Below, one piece after another: positions 21,654 through 34,078 of a stretch of 64,000 nt of DNA. The notes beneath the pieces were generated by a model. That model was not told the origin of the DNA and did not search any database. It worked only from the letters and a program-made list of their open reading frames with translations. A program made the position numbers and the translations under genes. Positions within the stretch are counted from its first letter, which is position 1. Each line of letters begins with the position of its first letter. The stretch is from Pseudomonadota bacterium (lineage in GTDB: Bacteria > Pseudomonadota > Gammaproteobacteria > Poriferisulfidales > JAYYZZ01), in contig JAYYZZ010000003.1 in the NCBI GenBank assembly GCA_036687665.1, positions 268,318 to 332,317 on the forward strand, given 5' to 3'.

Positions 21654-22283
21654 ATGAAAGATTTAAAGAAAGAATATTTTGAGACAAAAAATTTAAACTT
21701 AATCCCAATGGTCGTTGAGCAAAGCGCACGAGGTGAGCGCGCATATGATATTTACTCTCGTCTACTTAAAGAAAGAATTATATTTATAGTAGGAGCTGTT
21801 GAGGATCACATGGCAAACTTGGTTGTTGCTCAAATTTTGTTCTTAGAGTCTGAAAATCCTGACAAAGATATTTCACTTTACATTAACTCTCCAGGCGGAT
21901 CTGTTTCTGCAGGACTTGCAATTTATGACACGATGCAGTTTTGTAAGTCAGATATTAGTACTATATGTGTTGGACAAGCGGCAAGTATGGGTGCGCTTAT
22001 ACTTACAGGCGGCGCAAAAAAGAAAAGATTTGCATTACCGCATTCTAGAATTATGATTCACCAACCTTTAGGAGGATTTCAAGGGCAAGCTAGTGATATA
22101 GATATTCACGCACGGGAAATTTTAAAAATCAGAGAAAAAATCAATGAAGTTTTTTCAAAACATACAGGGCAGAGCATAGAAAAAATTAGCGAAGATACAG
22201 AAAGAGACAATTTTATGAATAGCGACGAAGCAACAAAATACGGCCTTATTGATAAAGTGCTCACCGCAAGAAAAGATATGTAG
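21654..22283 (+). CDS. clpP: ATP-dependent Clp protease proteolytic subunit
   Basis: 209 aa. Catalytic Ser context GQAASMGA. His (MIHQPLGG) and Asp present. Confidence 0.95.
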   Translation: MKDLKKEYFETKNLNLIPMVVEQSARGERAYDIYSRLLKERIIFIVGAVEDHMANLVVAQILFLESENPDKDISLYINSPGGSVSAGLAIYDTMQFCKSDISTICVGQAASMGALILTGGAKKKRFALPHSRIMIHQPLGGFQGQASDIDIHAREILKIREKINEVFSKHTGQSIEKISEDTERDNFMNSDEATKYGLIDKVLTARKDM

Positions 22284-22396
22284 CATAAATAATGGTTTTG
22301 TACAGGTTTTTATGAAAAAAGATTATGAAATTCATGTAAATCGGATGTGTTTTTAATATAATATACAATGTAATAAAAAGAACGAGATATTCTCTT

Positions 22397-23677
22397 ATGA
22401 GTGAAGAAAAAGACAATAAAAGCACGGACGGAAAAATTTTATATTGTTCTTTCTGTGGAAAAAGCCAGCATGAAGTTCGCAAATTAATAGCGGGGCCATC
22501 TGTATTTATTTGTGATGAGTGTGTTGACTTGTGTAACGATATCATCACTGAGGAGACCGAGGAGCAAGCTCCTGCAACAAACAATAACCTTCCAAAACCA
22601 AACGAGATTTATAAAACACTTGACGAGTATGTTATTGGGCAAGCTAGAGCTAAAAAAATTCTTTCTGTAGCTGTCTATAACCATTATAAGCGTCTAGAAG
22701 CACATACAACAAAAGATGATGTTGAGCTTGCAAAAAGCAATATATTGTTGGTGGGACCAACAGGCTCCGGCAAGACATTGCTTGCTGAAACGTTGGCGCG
22801 AATCTTAAACGTTCCTTTCACTATAGCTGATGCAACAACATTGACTGAAGCTGGATATGTTGGAGAAGATGTAGAAAATATAATTCAAAAGTTGCTACAG
22901 AAATGTGACTATGATGTAGAAAAGGCTCAAACTGGGATAGTGTATATAGATGAGATAGATAAAATTTCAAGAAAAGCCGACAACCCTTCAATCACAAGAG
23001 ATGTTTCGGGCGAAGGTGTGCAGCAAGCACTATTAAAACTCATTGAGGGAACAATAGCGGCAGTACCACCTCAAGGTGGGCGCAAACACCCGCAACAGGA
23101 GTTCTTACAAGTAGACACGAAAGATATATTATTTATATGTGGAGGAGCATTCGCAGGCCTTGACAAGGTAATACGTGATCGCACTGAAAAAAGTGGGATT
23201 GGCTTTTCAGCAGACGTAAAAAGTATTGATGATAAAAACCTTGATGTTTTACATAATGTTGAGCCAGAAGATCTCATAAATTATGGATTAATACCTGAAT
23301 TTGTTGGAAGACTACCAATGGTAGCAACCCTTGATGAGCTTGATGAAGTTGCTTTAAAGAGGATATTAGTTGAGCCAAAAAATGCTCTAGTCAAGCAGTA
23401 CCATAGAATGTTCAAGATGGAGGGTGCTGAAATTGAGTTTCGCGACCAAGCTCTCGAGTTAGTAGCAAAGAAAGCTAAGGAGCGTAAAACAGGAGCAAGA
23501 GGCTTGCGTACAATACTTGAAACAGTTTTGCTGGATACTATGTATGAGCTACCTTCTATTGAAGGGGTAACAAAGATAGTTATTGATGATTCTGTTGTAG
23601 AAGGAACGTCTGCTCCATATTTGATTTATCAGAACGAGGATTATGACGATACCTCAGCTTCTGAACGACCTGCTTAA
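22397..23677 (+). CDS. clpX: ATP-dependent Clp protease ATP-binding subunit ClpX
   Basis: 426 aa. N-terminal C4 zinc finger (CSFCGK...CDEC). Walker [13 protein letters not shown] pore loop. Confidence 0.95.
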   Translation: MSEEKDNKSTDGKILYCSFCGKSQHEVRKLIAGPSVFICDECVDLCNDIITEETEEQAPATNNNLPKPNEIYKTLDEYVIGQARAKKILSVAVYNHYKRLEAHTTKDDVELAKSNILLVGPTGSGKTLLAETLARILNVPFTIADATTLTEAGYVGEDVENIIQKLLQKCDYDVEKAQTGIVYIDEIDKISRKADNPSITRDVSGEGVQQALLKLIEGTIAAVPPQGGRKHPQQEFLQVDTKDILFICGGAFAGLDKVIRDRTEKSGIGFSADVKSIDDKNLDVLHNVEPEDLINYGLIPEFVGRLPMVATLDELDEVALKRILVEPKNALVKQYHRMFKMEGAEIEFRDQALELVAKKAKERKTGARGLRTILETVLLDTMYELPSIEGVTKIVIDDSVVEGTSAPYLIYQNEDYDDTSASERPA

Positions 23678-23755
23678 GGTGCTATTGTAATTTTTAATTT
23701 TGCCCATATCTTAAGTATCAGGCGTGTTTAATTACTTGCTGAACATTTAGATATT

Positions 23756-26203
23756 ATGAGCCAAGAAGAGAACGAGAGCGAACTTACAGTAGATATCCTC
23801 AAGGATATACCGATATTGCCGTTGCGCGATGTTGTTGTATATCCAAATATGGTAATTCCCCTTTTCGTTGGGCGAGAAAAATCAATTCAAGCTCTTGATG
23901 CAGCAATGGCTGCGAACAAACAAATACTTCTTGTGTCGCAAACTACCCCTGAGACTGATGATCCTGATACTAGCGGTATCTATGAGGTAGGAACACTAGC
24001 ATCAATTTTACAACTTCTTAAATTGCCAGACGGGACAATAAAACTTCTGGTAGAGGGCTCAGAAAGGGCTAAAGTTGCTAAATTCAATGAATCTGACACG
24101 TATTTATCTGCAAAAATAACCTTACTGCCTTCTGACTATGGAGAAGATGATCGCGAATTAGAAGTTTTATCACGCTCAGCTGTTAATCTGTTTGACCAGT
24201 ACATAAAGCTAAATAAAAAAGTGCCACCAGAAGTTTTAACATCACTGGTCGGTATCGATGACCCAGCACGTTTAGCGGATACAATAGTTGCACATATGAC
24301 ACTCAAGCTAGAAGAAAAACAACAAGTGCTTGAAATGCAGTCTGTTAAAGCTCGCCTTGAATACCTTATTAGCTCTATCGAAAGTGAGCTAGATCTTTTA
24401 CAAATAGAAAAAAGAATTCGCGGAAGAGTAAAGCAGCAAATGGAAAAGAGTCAACGCGAGTACTATCTAAATGAGCAAATGAAAGCTATACAGAAAGAGT
24501 TAGGAGAGATGGAAGATATGCCTAATGAATTTGAAGAACTAGCTCAAAAAATAGAAAAAGTAGGTATGCCAAAAGAAGCAAAAGAGAAAGTGACTACTGA
24601 GCTTAATAAGTTGAAAATGATGTCTCCGATGTCAGCAGAAGCAACGGTCGTAAGAAATTATATAGATTGGGCCGTCAATGTGCCTTGGAAGAAGCGTAGC
24701 AAAGTAAGAAGCGATCTTAAGGCAGCAGAAAAAATTCTAGATGACGATCACTATGGGTTAGAAAAAGTGAAGGAGAGAATACTCGAATATTTAGCTGTTC
24801 AGCAGAGAGTTAAAAAACAAAAAGGACCGATTTTATGCTTAGTGGGACCACCAGGCGTCGGAAAAACTAGCTTAGGACGCTCCATAGCAAGAGCTACAGG
24901 GCGAAAATTTACTAGAATGTCTCTAGGAGGTGTCCGCGATGAAGCGGAGATTAGAGGGCACCGTAGAACTTATATTGGTTCTTTGCCAGGCAAGATTATC
25001 CAAAATTTATCTAAAGTAGGTGTACGTAATCCATTATTTTTGCTTGATGAGGTAGACAAAATGGCCATGGACTTCCGTGGTGACCCTGCATCTGCTTTAC
25101 TTGAAGTGCTAGATCCAGAGCAAAACGATACGTTTGCAGACCATTATTTAGAACTTGATTTTGATCTTTCAGATGTCATGTTTGTGACAACAGCTAATAG
25201 TTTAAATATTCCACCACCACTACTTGATCGCATGGAGGTGATTCGTCTGCCGGGGTATACAGAAGAAGAAAAAAGAAATATTGCACAAAAATATTTAGTA
25301 CCGAAACAAGTCAAAAACAATGGCCTTAAAGAAGAAGAGATTAATTTTTCCGATGCATCGGTAAATGAAATCATAAGATATTATACGCGCGAAGCAGGTG
25401 TGCGTAATTTAGAACGTGAGCTTTCAAAAATATGTCGTAAAGTTGTGAAGAGTTTGTTACTTAAAGTAAAAAAAGGGAAAACTTCGATCACGCCGAAGAA
25501 TATAGGTAAATACCTTGGAGTGCAGAAATTTAGATATGGTTTAGCTGAGGAAAAGAACCATGTTGGGCAGGCAACAGGTTTGGCATGGACAGAAGTTGGC
25601 GGAGAGTTGCTCACAATAGAAGCGGCCGTCGTCGCTGGCAAAGGGAAATTCACATTTACTGGGTCATTGGGCGATGTTATGCAAGAATCTATACGTGCTG
25701 CATCAACAGTTGTCAGAAGCCGCGTTGATCACCTTGGTATAGAAGCAGATTTCCATGAATCAAAAGATATACATATACATGTCCCGGAAGGCGCAACACC
25801 TAAGGATGGCCCAAGCGCTGGAATAGGAATGAGCACAGCCTTAGTGTCGGCATTAACTGGAATCGCTATAAAGTCGAGTGTCGCAATGACTGGCGAGATC
25901 ACCCTTCGTGGTGAAGTTTTGCCTATTGGAGGCCTAAAAGAAAAATTACTTGCGGCATTGCGAGGCGGAATAGAGACCGTCATTATTCCAAAAGAGAACG
26001 AGAAGGATCTTGCAGAAATTCCTAAAAACATCAAACAAAATATTGATATTAAACCAGTTAAATGGATTGATGAGGTCTTAGATATTGCACTTGTGTCTAA
26101 AACAACACCAGGCGCTTCGTCTGGCAAGAAACAGAAATCTTTAAAAGATATTCCACAAAAGCAAAAAAGAATAGAAGATAGTGAGAAAATTAGACCACAC
26201 TAA
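23756..26203 (+). CDS. lon: Lon protease (LonA)
   Basis: 815 aa. Lon N-domain, AAA+ Walker [10 protein letters not shown], catalytic Ser-Lys dyad region (PKDGPSAG...). Basic C-terminal tail. Confidence 0.95.
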   Translation: MSQEENESELTVDILKDIPILPLRDVVVYPNMVIPLFVGREKSIQALDAAMAANKQILLVSQTTPETDDPDTSGIYEVGTLASILQLLKLPDGTIKLLVEGSERAKVAKFNESDTYLSAKITLLPSDYGEDDRELEVLSRSAVNLFDQYIKLNKKVPPEVLTSLVGIDDPARLADTIVAHMTLKLEEKQQVLEMQSVKARLEYLISSIESELDLLQIEKRIRGRVKQQMEKSQREYYLNEQMKAIQKELGEMEDMPNEFEELAQKIEKVGMPKEAKEKVTTELNKLKMMSPMSAEATVVRNYIDWAVNVPWKKRSKVRSDLKAAEKILDDDHYGLEKVKERILEYLAVQQRVKKQKGPILCLVGPPGVGKTSLGRSIARATGRKFTRMSLGGVRDEAEIRGHRRTYIGSLPGKIIQNLSKVGVRNPLFLLDEVDKMAMDFRGDPASALLEVLDPEQNDTFADHYLELDFDLSDVMFVTTANSLNIPPPLLDRMEVIRLPGYTEEEKRNIAQKYLVPKQVKNNGLKEEEINFSDASVNEIIRYYTREAGVRNLERELSKICRKVVKSLLLKVKKGKTSITPKNIGKYLGVQKFRYGLAEEKNHVGQATGLAWTEVGGELLTIEAAVVAGKGKFTFTGSLGDVMQESIRAASTVVRSRVDHLGIEADFHESKDIHIHVPEGATPKDGPSAGIGMSTALVSALTGIAIKSSVAMTGEITLRGEVLPIGGLKEKLLAALRGGIETVIIPKENEKDLAEIPKNIKQNIDIKPVKWIDEVLDIALVSKTTPGASSGKKQKSLKDIPQKQKRIEDSEKIRPH

Positions 26204-26228
26204 TATTTCATTAATTTTCTCTTACTTA

Positions 26229-26259
26229 TTGACACCAGTATATTATTTGGCGTATATAT
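26229..26259 (+). promoter_or_regulatory. putative sigma70 promoter for hupB (TTGACA-17nt-TATATA)
   Basis: TTGACA at 26229-26234, a 17-nt spacer, and a GTATAT/TATATA -10 element at 26252-26259, about 130 nt upstream of hupB. Confidence 0.4.
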
Positions 26260-26386
26260 AAAAGCTTGTACAATACATGCTCTTTTAGCGAAACCTGATT
26301 TCGGTATGATTCAAGGCTTTCTTCTAGTCGAGCACACATAAAATCTTAATAGCCAAAAAAACAGCAGACAAAAGAGGACAAGTCAC

Positions 26387-26659
26387 ATGAATAAAACAGA
26401 ATTAATCGATGCTATCGCATCAGCAACAGAAATGAACAAAGCAGGTGCAGATAGAGTCTTGAACGCAGTATTAGACTCAATAACAGGTGCACTAAAATCC
26501 GGCCAAAAAGTTACTATCCCAGGATTTGGAACGTTTGAAGTAAGACACAGAGCTGCAAGAATGGGCAGGAACCCTCAGACAGGTGAGTCAATACAAATTC
26601 AAGCTTCAAATTCGCCTGCATTTAAAGCAGGTAAAGCATTGAAGGATGCTGTTAACTGA
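26387..26659 (+). CDS. hupB: DNA-binding protein HU-beta
   Basis: 90 aa. MNKTELIDAIA...GFGTFEVRHRAAR.GRNPQTGE.I.I is the HU signature. Position after lon as in E. coli and Pseudomonas. Confidence 0.93.
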   Translation: MNKTELIDAIASATEMNKAGADRVLNAVLDSITGALKSGQKVTIPGFGTFEVRHRAARMGRNPQTGESIQIQASNSPAFKAGKALKDAVN

Positions 26660-26683
26660 TAAACGCCTTTAACTAATGGACCG

Positions 26684-26759
26684 GGGTGCTTAGCTCAGCT
26701 GGTAGAGCGTCGCCCTTACAAGGCGGATGTCGGGGGTTCGAATCCCTCAGCACCCACCA
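26684..26759 (+). tRNA. tRNA-Val (anticodon TAC)
   Basis: Acceptor GGGTGCT/AGCACCC + ACCA. Anticodon loop cTTACAa. GGTTCGAATCC T-arm. Confidence 0.85.
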
Positions 26760-26764
26760 TACAA

Positions 26765-26841
26765 GGAGTGGTAGTTCAGTTTGGTTAGAATACCGGCCTG
26801 TCACGCCGGGGGTCGCGGGTTCGAGTCCCGTCCACTCCGCC
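26765..26841 (+). tRNA. tRNA-Asp (anticodon GTC)
   Basis: Acceptor GGAGTGG/CCACTCC + GCCA. Anticodon loop cTGTCAc. GGTTCGAGTCC T-arm. Confidence 0.85.
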
Positions 26842-26847
26842 AGACAG

Positions 26848-26885
26848 GAGACAAAGGGGCCATTACCGGCCCCTTTGTCTCATTT
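26848..26885 (+). terminator. rho-independent terminator after tRNA-Val/Asp
   Basis: Perfect 12-bp GC-rich stem GACAAAGGGGCC / GGCCCCTTTGTC with a 6-nt loop, followed by TCATTTAAAT. Confidence 0.75.
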
Positions 26886-26922
26886 AAATAATAGTCATGC
26901 TAAATAAATAAAAAACACAGTT

Positions 26923-28815
26923 ATGTTACAAAGAATACGAGATCGCATTAGTGGTTGGGTGGCATATTTTATTGTTGGTCTTATAACCATTCCATTTGCT
27001 TTATGGGGTATACATCAATACTTAGGCGGCGGGCAACAACTACTCGCAGCTTCAGTAGGTGCTACCGACATTACATTGCAAGATTATTATCGTGATTTTC
27101 AACAAAGAAAGCGTGAAATAGAATCTGCTACAAAGAAGAAAAATATCGATGAAGAATTAATAAAACATATCACTATTACAGGCCTGATTAGAAATGAATT
27201 GATAAAGCAATATTCTGATAAAGAACAATATGCAGTTTCTGATGAGACACTGTTAAAATTTATTCAATCTGATCCTATTTTTATGCGTGAAGGAGTATTT
27301 GATAAACAACATTATCATGATTTACTGAACAGCCGACGCATAGAACCTTCAAGATTTGAAGATCAATATAGAGAAAGTATTAGATTGGAACAGTTTACAG
27401 CAGCTGTCGCAGACTCCACCATTGTTACTGAGTCTAGATTAGACGACTTTGAATCTTTAGCTTACCAATCTAGAAAGTTTAAGTACTTTACTCTAACACC
27501 GAGCCACTTTTCTCCAGATCAAAACTTGTCGTCGATACCTGATTCTGAAATAAAAAAATACTATTCCAAACACCCCGAGATGTTTCAAACAGATGAGCAA
27601 GTCAGAATTGAATATATAGACGTCAATGAGAAGGATATGGGGATCGATGATGAAATAAGTGAGCAAAAAGTAGTGACATTTTATGAGAATAATTTAGCTG
27701 ATTACCAAACCGCAGAAGAAAGAAGACTTAGCCACATTGTTCTTAAGTCTAATAATGACGATGAACAGACTTTATCTGAGGCTGAAGATATAGCAGATAG
27801 GATCAAAAATGGCGAAAGTTTCGGAGCGCTAGCGAAGGAATTTTCAGACGATAATTTGTCTGCAAAATCATCTGGCGATATTGGCTGGTTTATTTTTGGA
27901 GAACTTGAAGACGAAATAAATGCTGCAGCATTTAATTTATCAGAGCAAGAGGTCAGCCAACCTATAGAAACAAATCTAGGGGTTGTAATCGTCAAGGTGA
28001 CAGATATAAAGCCAGGGTCTCAGCAGAAATACGAGGATGTGAGAAACAGAGTAATTGAGAATTATAAACGCAACGTGCTATCAGATAGATTTACAGAAGT
28101 TACTGAACAGCTGGCAAACTTAAGCTATGAACACCCTAATGAACTTGATACAAGCGCAGATGCGCTTGGGTTAAGCATCGACAGAACAGGTTGGTTGCCA
28201 TTAAAAATACAAAAAGCTGAAGACAATATACTTGCATATCAAGAGATAATGGATTTGCTCACCCAGGAAGATATTCTGACTGGGGGCATGAATAGTGAGT
28301 TAATTGAATTAGAGCCTGGCCGCGTTGTTGTTATACGTGTCGCAGATTACAAACAAAACTCCATCAAACCATTGAGTGAAGTGGCGGGGCAAATAAGAGA
28401 GCTGATGCACATCGAAGACTCAGTATCAGTTCTACAAGAAACGGGAAAGGATGTTTTAGATGCGCTAGAGAAAGGAGAAACTATTGATGCTATGTCGAGA
28501 AAATACAACGTAGAGCTAATAGAAACAGTTGTGACACGTGATGAGCCGACTATTCCCCGAGAATTAATTACTGAGTTATTTGGCTTAGCTCGCCCCTCGA
28601 GTCAGCCTATTTACTCAGTGATCAATCAGATAGATGGTAGTTTAGTTGTGGTAGAACTTTTAGATGTGCAAGCTGGTACTACAGAGTTATCAAATACAGC
28701 GCAATATACAACCATGAAAAACACTTTAATAGAAAGAGAGCTCGACGCAGTGATAGATGCCCTTGCTGGTAACAAAGAGATACAGATTTTTCATGAGAAT
28801 TTAAAATCTCGATAA
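26923..28815 (+). CDS. ppiD: periplasmic folding chaperone / peptidyl-prolyl isomerase PpiD
   Basis: 630 aa. N-terminal TM anchor (RISGWVAYFIVGLITIPFALWGI) typical of PpiD. Internal parvulin-like region (GDIGWF...LGVVIVKV). Conserved position after hupB. Confidence 0.85.
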   Translation: MLQRIRDRISGWVAYFIVGLITIPFALWGIHQYLGGGQQLLAASVGATDITLQDYYRDFQQRKREIESATKKKNIDEELIKHITITGLIRNELIKQYSDKEQYAVSDETLLKFIQSDPIFMREGVFDKQHYHDLLNSRRIEPSRFEDQYRESIRLEQFTAAVADSTIVTESRLDDFESLAYQSRKFKYFTLTPSHFSPDQNLSSIPDSEIKKYYSKHPEMFQTDEQVRIEYIDVNEKDMGIDDEISEQKVVTFYENNLADYQTAEERRLSHIVLKSNNDDEQTLSEAEDIADRIKNGESFGALAKEFSDDNLSAKSSGDIGWFIFGELEDEINAAAFNLSEQEVSQPIETNLGVVIVKVTDIKPGSQQKYEDVRNRVIENYKRNVLSDRFTEVTEQLANLSYEHPNELDTSADALGLSIDRTGWLPLKIQKAEDNILAYQEIMDLLTQEDILTGGMNSELIELEPGRVVVIRVADYKQNSIKPLSEVAGQIRELMHIEDSVSVLQETGKDVLDALEKGETIDAMSRKYNVELIETVVTRDEPTIPRELITELFGLARPSSQPIYSVINQIDGSLVVVELLDVQAGTTELSNTAQYTTMKNTLIERELDAVIDALAGNKEIQIFHENLKSR

Positions 28816-28827
28816 ACCTATTTCTGC

Positions 28828-30087
28828 ATGCGAAAAATTCAAGAACACTGGCAAATATTAATAGCAATCTTATTTGCATGCTTGGTTGGTTTACTGCTCG
28901 ATCAAAATAGCAAATTTTATGATATTACTTATGTAAGCGTTTTTGCATTTTTTGGTACGCTTTTCTTAAATGCACTTAAGATGATTGTTATACCTTTAGT
29001 GGTATCATCTATCATTGTAGGCGTGCATAGAATTTCAGAAGATAAAAGTTTTGGTAGGCTTGGAATTAAAACTTTATCTTACTACCTTTCCACAACAACT
29101 ATTGCAATTCTTATAGGAATATTTTTAGCTAATATAATTGAACCCGGAGTTACAAATAATGTTTCTACTGGCTCTAGCCTCAGCTTAGGTGATAATGCAA
29201 ATTTCAGCAAAGAAGAATTTTTAAATAAGAGTAATGCTGATATTGCGTCTGTTTTTTTAAGGATGATTCCTGAGAATATATTTAAGGCAGCTGCAGATGG
29301 CCAGCTACTTGGTTTGATATTTTTTTGCTTTATTTTCGGTTTTTTTTCTGGACGCATTCATGGTCAATTAAAAGAAACATTTTTTAATTTTTGGCAAGGT
29401 GTCTTCGATATTATGATATCGATGACAAATCTTATAATGAAAGTTGCACCAATAGGCGTATTTGCCTTAGTTGCAAAAGTGATAATGATCTCTGGCGCTG
29501 AGTCCTTAATGCCGCTTTTATTTTTCTTTATTACTGTGCTTTCTGCATTATTAATACATATGTTTGTAGTAATGCCATGTATTTTGAAAGCTGTTAAAGC
29601 AAATCCTATATCTCATTTTAGAGCCATGTTTCGAGCATTATTAACAGCATTCTCTACAAGCTCTTCGTCTGCAACTTTGCCAATCACAATACGTGACGTA
29701 AAGGAGAAATCTGGCGTTTCTAACCGCATCAGTAGTTTTGTTTTACCATTAGGAGCAACAGTTAATATGGATGGTACTGCTTTGTACGAATGTATCGCAG
29801 TCTTGTTTATCGCCCAAGTTTACGGAATTGAAATTACTGTCTTGCAGCAAATTATAATTTTATTAATTGCTCTAACCACATCAATTGGTGTTGCTGGCAT
29901 TCCAGCAGCAAGCTTAGTTGCTATAACAATTATTTTAACAGCAGTTGGTTTGCCAGTAGAGTCAATAGGACTGATACTCGCTGTTGATCGCATATTAGAT
30001 ATGTTCAGGACAAGTGTTAATGTTTTTAGTGACAGCGTAGGAGCTGTTGTTATTGCAAAAACAGAAGGGGAAAAGACACTTCTATAA
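28828..30087 (+). CDS. dicarboxylate/amino acid:cation (Na+/H+) symporter, DAACS family (GltP/SstT-like)
   Basis: 419 aa, polytopic membrane protein. Family signatures: (ATLPITIRD...NRISSFVLPLGATVNMDGTALYECIAVLFIAQ...AASLV). Confidence 0.8.
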   Translation: MRKIQEHWQILIAILFACLVGLLLDQNSKFYDITYVSVFAFFGTLFLNALKMIVIPLVVSSIIVGVHRISEDKSFGRLGIKTLSYYLSTTTIAILIGIFLANIIEPGVTNNVSTGSSLSLGDNANFSKEEFLNKSNADIASVFLRMIPENIFKAAADGQLLGLIFFCFIFGFFSGRIHGQLKETFFNFWQGVFDIMISMTNLIMKVAPIGVFALVAKVIMISGAESLMPLLFFFITVLSALLIHMFVVMPCILKAVKANPISHFRAMFRALLTAFSTSSSSATLPITIRDVKEKSGVSNRISSFVLPLGATVNMDGTALYECIAVLFIAQVYGIEITVLQQIIILLIALTTSIGVAGIPAASLVAITIILTAVGLPVESIGLILAVDRILDMFRTSVNVFSDSVGAVVIAKTEGEKTLL

Positions 30088-30107
30088 ACTATTATATGTG
30101 CTTATTG

Positions 30108-30881
30108 TTACATTCCAACTATATGGTATCCTGCGTCTACATATAGAATTTCACCAGTGATACCACTTGCAAGTTCAGAGCAAAGGAATGCAGCCGCATT
30201 ACCCACCTCATCAGCAGTTACATTTTTTCTTAATGGAGCTTTTTCTTCCACGTGATCTAGAATTTTTCTAAAACCGCCAATACCTGCTGCGGCTAAAGTT
30301 TTTATTGGGCCTGCTGAAATTGCATTAACACGAATATTTTCTGGACCTAGCGAGTAAGCAAGGTATCTTACATTTGCTTCTAAGCTAGCTTTTGCTAAGC
30401 CCATCACATTATAACTAGGCATGCCTCTTGATGACCCTATGTAACTTAAGGTTAATATAGACCCTGTCTCAGGACGAATTAATGGTCTTGCCGCTTTGGA
30501 TAGTGCGGTTAAACTGTAGCTGCTAATTTCATGGGCCTGACTGAAACCTTGCCTGCTTGTATTTTGCACAAAATCACCTTCCAGCTCCTCCTTGGGTGCG
30601 AATGCTAGAGAATGTACTAATATATCGAATTTATCCCAAGATTCTTTTAAGCTTGCAAATAACTCATTAATTGATTTATCGTTTGAAACATCACATGGTA
30701 AGACAATAGTGGAATCACATTTTTCAGCTAGCTCAGCAACGCGCGAACGCAGCCTTTCATTTTGGTATGTGAGGGCAATTTCTGCACCTTCTCTGTGCAT
30801 CGCAGAGGCAATACCCCATGCTATTGAGCGATTGCTTGCTATCCCTGTGATAAGTGCGCGTTTGCCAGTTAAAATACCCAT
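30108..30881 (-). CDS. fabI: enoyl-[acyl-carrier-protein] reductase (NADH)
   Basis: 257 aa. [26 protein letters not shown]-terminus. Tyr-x6-Lys catalytic motif ([25 protein letters not shown]). Confidence 0.93.
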   Translation of the reverse strand: MGILTGKRALITGIASNRSIAWGIASAMHREGAEIALTYQNERLRSRVAELAEKCDSTIVLPCDVSNDKSINELFASLKESWDKFDILVHSLAFAPKEELEGDFVQNTSRQGFSQAHEISSYSLTALSKAARPLIRPETGSILTLSYIGSSRGMPSYNVMGLAKASLEANVRYLAYSLGPENIRVNAISAGPIKTLAAAGIGGFRKILDHVEEKAPLRKNVTADEVGNAAAFLCSELASGITGEILYVDAGYHIVGM

Positions 30882-30947
30882 ACTATCTCCTAGCTGTTTT
30901 ACTAAAAAAAGAAAGATAGTATAACGTTTTTTGCAGAGATAAATAAT

Positions 30948-33104
30948 TTGATTATGTTATTTAAAAAAAACTCGCTTCTGATAATTTGCTTGTTTGCATT
31001 AGCGTCATGCAAAGATAGCGTTTGGAACAACCCTCATTCTGAGAACAACTCTTCGAGTTCTGTTTACTACTCTACATTTAGTGAAAGACCTAAGCATCTA
31101 GATCCTGCACGATCATACAGTTCCGGAGAATATACTTTTCTAGCTCAAATATATGAACCACCTCTGCAGTACAACTACCTTAAAAGACCTTATGTTTTGA
31201 TACCATTAACTTCTACCAGCATTCCTCGTATAAGTTTTTTTAGCAGCGATGGTAAAATTATCGAGGGTCACTCTAGCGAAGTAGCATTCACAGAGTATGA
31301 AATAGAGATTCAACCAAACATCAAATACCAGCCACATCCTGCTTTCGCTAAAGATAATTCAGGGAAACATCTATACCATGATCTAGATTCTGAAAACTTC
31401 TCACAGATATTTACACTTTCAGATTTTCCTTTAACTGGTACAAGAGAACTTGTAGCACAGGATTATGTGCACCAAGTGAAAAGAATGGCTGACCCTAAAA
31501 CACACTGTCCGATTTCAGGTGTTATGTCTGAATATATAGTCGGTTTTTCTGAGTTACGCGATAAACTGAGTAAAAATCAAAGCGGTTCTACGAAGATACA
31601 TGATTTACGTGCACAAAATATTTCTGGAGTAAGCGTTGTTGATCGTTACAAATATCGCATCAGGATAAAGGGAAAGTATCCGCAGTTTTTATATTGGCTA
31701 GCTATGCCTTTTTTTTCACCCATGCCTTGGGAAGCATCTGAATTTTATAAACAATCTATGCTCATAAAAAACAATATCACTTTAAACTGGTTCCCCATCG
31801 GGACAGGACCTTTTATGTTAGCTGAAAATAACCCTAATTTAAGAATGACAATGCAAAAAAATCCAAATTTTAGAGGTGAGTTGTATCCTGAACACGGAAC
31901 AAGTCAAGACCTGAGCAAAGGGTTGTTACGTGATGCTGGTAAAAAAATGCCTTTTATTGATAAAGCTGTTTTCAATTTGGAAAAAGAAAATATACCAAGG
32001 TGGAATAAATTTCTACAAGGGTATTATGATTCATCTGGGATTAGTTCTGATAGCTTTGATCAAGCCATCAGATCATCTGGAAGCGGGGCGGACGAAGTTG
32101 GATTAACTGATTCGATGATTGAGAAAGGAATAACTCTCGCTACTTCTATTAATACATCCATACACTATATGGGCTTTAATATGCTTGACGATGTAATTGG
32201 AGGAAATACAGAGAGAGCTAGATTATTAAGGCAGGCAATATCAATAGCAGTTGATTATGAAGAATATATATCAATCTTCCTGAATGGCAGAGGTGAGGCA
32301 GCACAAGGCCCAATACCACCCCAAATTTTTGGGCATAAAGAAGGAGCAGATGGCATTAACCCCTACATATATAACTGGGAAAAAGGCGCAGCACGCAGAA
32401 AAACTATCGATCATGCTTTTCAATTATTAGATAAAGCAGGATATAAGAACGGGGTTGATCAAAATACAGGGAAACCCCTTATATTATTTTTTGATGCTGT
32501 AGGCGCAGGAGCAGATGCAAAATCTAGTTTAAACTGGCTAAGAAAGCAATTTAGAAAACTAGGTATACAGCTAGTGATTCGTTCTACGGACTACAATCGT
32601 TTTAGTGAGAAGATGTTGGAAGGCACTTCACAAATATATCAATGGGGCTGGAACGCAGATTACCCAGATCCAGAAAATTTTCTATTTTTATTATATGGGC
32701 CAAATAGCAAAGTCAACAAGCAAGGTGAAAATGCATCTAATTTTACGCACCCTGAATATGACCTGTTGTTTAATCAGATGAAAAATATGGCTAACGGTGA
32801 AGAAAGACAAGCTATCATTGATAAAATGGTTAATATTGTTAGATATCAAGCACCATGGTTGTGGGGTTTTTATCCAAAATCATATTCTTTAAACCATGCA
32901 TGGTTGCACAATGTTAAGCCCAACTTGATGGCCAACAATACTTTAAAATATCTGCGTATTAATCCTGAGAAGAGAGAAAAAAATATCAAGCTATGGAACC
33001 AACCAGTTGTGTGGCCGTTATTTCTATTGATAGCCATAATTATTATTTCTATTATCCCAGCTACTTTTGAATATAGAAGAAGAGAAAAGCAAAGAATAAC
33101 ATGA
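30948..33104 (+). CDS. yejA: ABC transporter substrate-binding lipoprotein, family 5 (YejA/oligopeptide-like), with an extra C-terminal TM anchor
   Basis: 718 aa. Lipobox LFALASC at the N-terminus. SBP_bac_5-type body. Hydrophobic C-terminal helix [21 protein letters not shown] followed by basic RRREKQR. Start overlap with the yejB-like permease. fabI-yejABEF-mltD is the Pseudomonas PA1806-PA1812 arrangement. Confidence 0.75.
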   Translation: MIMLFKKNSLLIICLFALASCKDSVWNNPHSENNSSSSVYYSTFSERPKHLDPARSYSSGEYTFLAQIYEPPLQYNYLKRPYVLIPLTSTSIPRISFFSSDGKIIEGHSSEVAFTEYEIEIQPNIKYQPHPAFAKDNSGKHLYHDLDSENFSQIFTLSDFPLTGTRELVAQDYVHQVKRMADPKTHCPISGVMSEYIVGFSELRDKLSKNQSGSTKIHDLRAQNISGVSVVDRYKYRIRIKGKYPQFLYWLAMPFFSPMPWEASEFYKQSMLIKNNITLNWFPIGTGPFMLAENNPNLRMTMQKNPNFRGELYPEHGTSQDLSKGLLRDAGKKMPFIDKAVFNLEKENIPRWNKFLQGYYDSSGISSDSFDQAIRSSGSGADEVGLTDSMIEKGITLATSINTSIHYMGFNMLDDVIGGNTERARLLRQAISIAVDYEEYISIFLNGRGEAAQGPIPPQIFGHKEGADGINPYIYNWEKGAARRKTIDHAFQLLDKAGYKNGVDQNTGKPLILFFDAVGAGADAKSSLNWLRKQFRKLGIQLVIRSTDYNRFSEKMLEGTSQIYQWGWNADYPDPENFLFLLYGPNSKVNKQGENASNFTHPEYDLLFNQMKNMANGEERQAIIDKMVNIVRYQAPWLWGFYPKSYSLNHAWLHNVKPNLMANNTLKYLRINPEKREKNIKLWNQPVVWPLFLLIAIIIISIIPATFEYRRREKQRIT

Positions 33105-34078
33105 CATATTACATATTAAGGAGATTGATGTATGCAATTCCTATATTAATAGGAATTAATTTACTTACATTTGTTTTATTTTTTGTTGTCAATTCTCCAG
33201 ATGAAATTGCTAGATTACATCTCGGCGATAAACATGTGACAGAAGTTCAGATAAATGCATGGAAACACGACAGAGGATATGACAAGCCTTTGCTCATTAA
33301 CACTGATGAGTCGGGCATAGATGTGTTAAAAGAAACAATATTTTTTGATAAATCTGTGCGGTTATTTGTATTTGATTTTGGTGTATCTGATAGCGGCAGA
33401 AATATTGGATACGATATTAAGCAAAGAATGTGGCCGAGTCTTGCAATTGCAATACCAAGTCTACTTATTGGGCTTTTAATTAATATATCTTTTGCTCTTC
33501 TTATTGCTTTTTTTAGAGCTACATATATTGATTACTGGGGTGTTATATTTTGTGTTGCACTAATGTCTATATCTAGCTTGTTTTATATTATTGGAGGACA
33601 GTTCCTTGTTGGGAAATTATTACAAATAGTACCTATATCTGGCTATGACTATGGCCTTTCGAGTATTAAATTTTTAGTTTTACCTATATTAATAAGTGCA
33701 ATATATGGCATTGGCGCTGGAACGCGCTGGTATAGGACGTTATTTCTTGAAGAGATATCTAAAGATTATGTAAGAACTGCACGAGCGAAAGGCCTTTCAG
33801 AAAAATATATACTGTTTCATCATGTTGTAAGAAATGCATTGATTCCTATTTTGACAGGGGTTGTTGCGATCCTCCCATTACTATTTCTCGGCAGCTTAAT
33901 TACAGAGTCTTTTTTTTCTATACCAGGTTTAGGCAGTTACACGATTGACGCAATACAGCGTCAAGACTTTGCCATTGTTAGATCTATGGTATTTCTTGGC
34001 GCCGTGCTTTACATTATAGGACTAATTTTGACAGATATATCATACACTTTCGCTGACCCAAGATTACGGTTGAAATAA
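33101..34078 (+). CDS. yejB: ABC transporter permease (YejB/DppB-like)
   Basis: 325 aa. BPD_transp_1 EAA-like loop (YVRTARAKGLSEKYILFHHVVRNALIPILT). Confidence 0.85.
   Translation: MTYYILRRLMYAIPILIGINLLTFVLFFVVNSPDEIARLHLGDKHVTEVQINAWKHDRGYDKPLLINTDESGIDVLKETIFFDKSVRLFVFDFGVSDSGRNIGYDIKQRMWPSLAIAIPSLLIGLLINISFALLIAFFRATYIDYWGVIFCVALMSISSLFYIIGGQFLVGKLLQIVPISGYDYGLSSIKFLVLPILISAIYGIGAGTRWYRTLFLEEISKDYVRTARAKGLSEKYILFHHVVRNALIPILTGVVAILPLLFLGSLITESFFSIPGLGSYTIDAIQRQDFAIVRSMVFLGAVLYIIGLILTDISYTFADPRLRLK

Noticed and set aside
26686-26907. 73-aa plus-strand ORF after hupB
   Set aside because: It is the tRNA-Val and tRNA-Asp genes plus the terminator hairpin read as protein.
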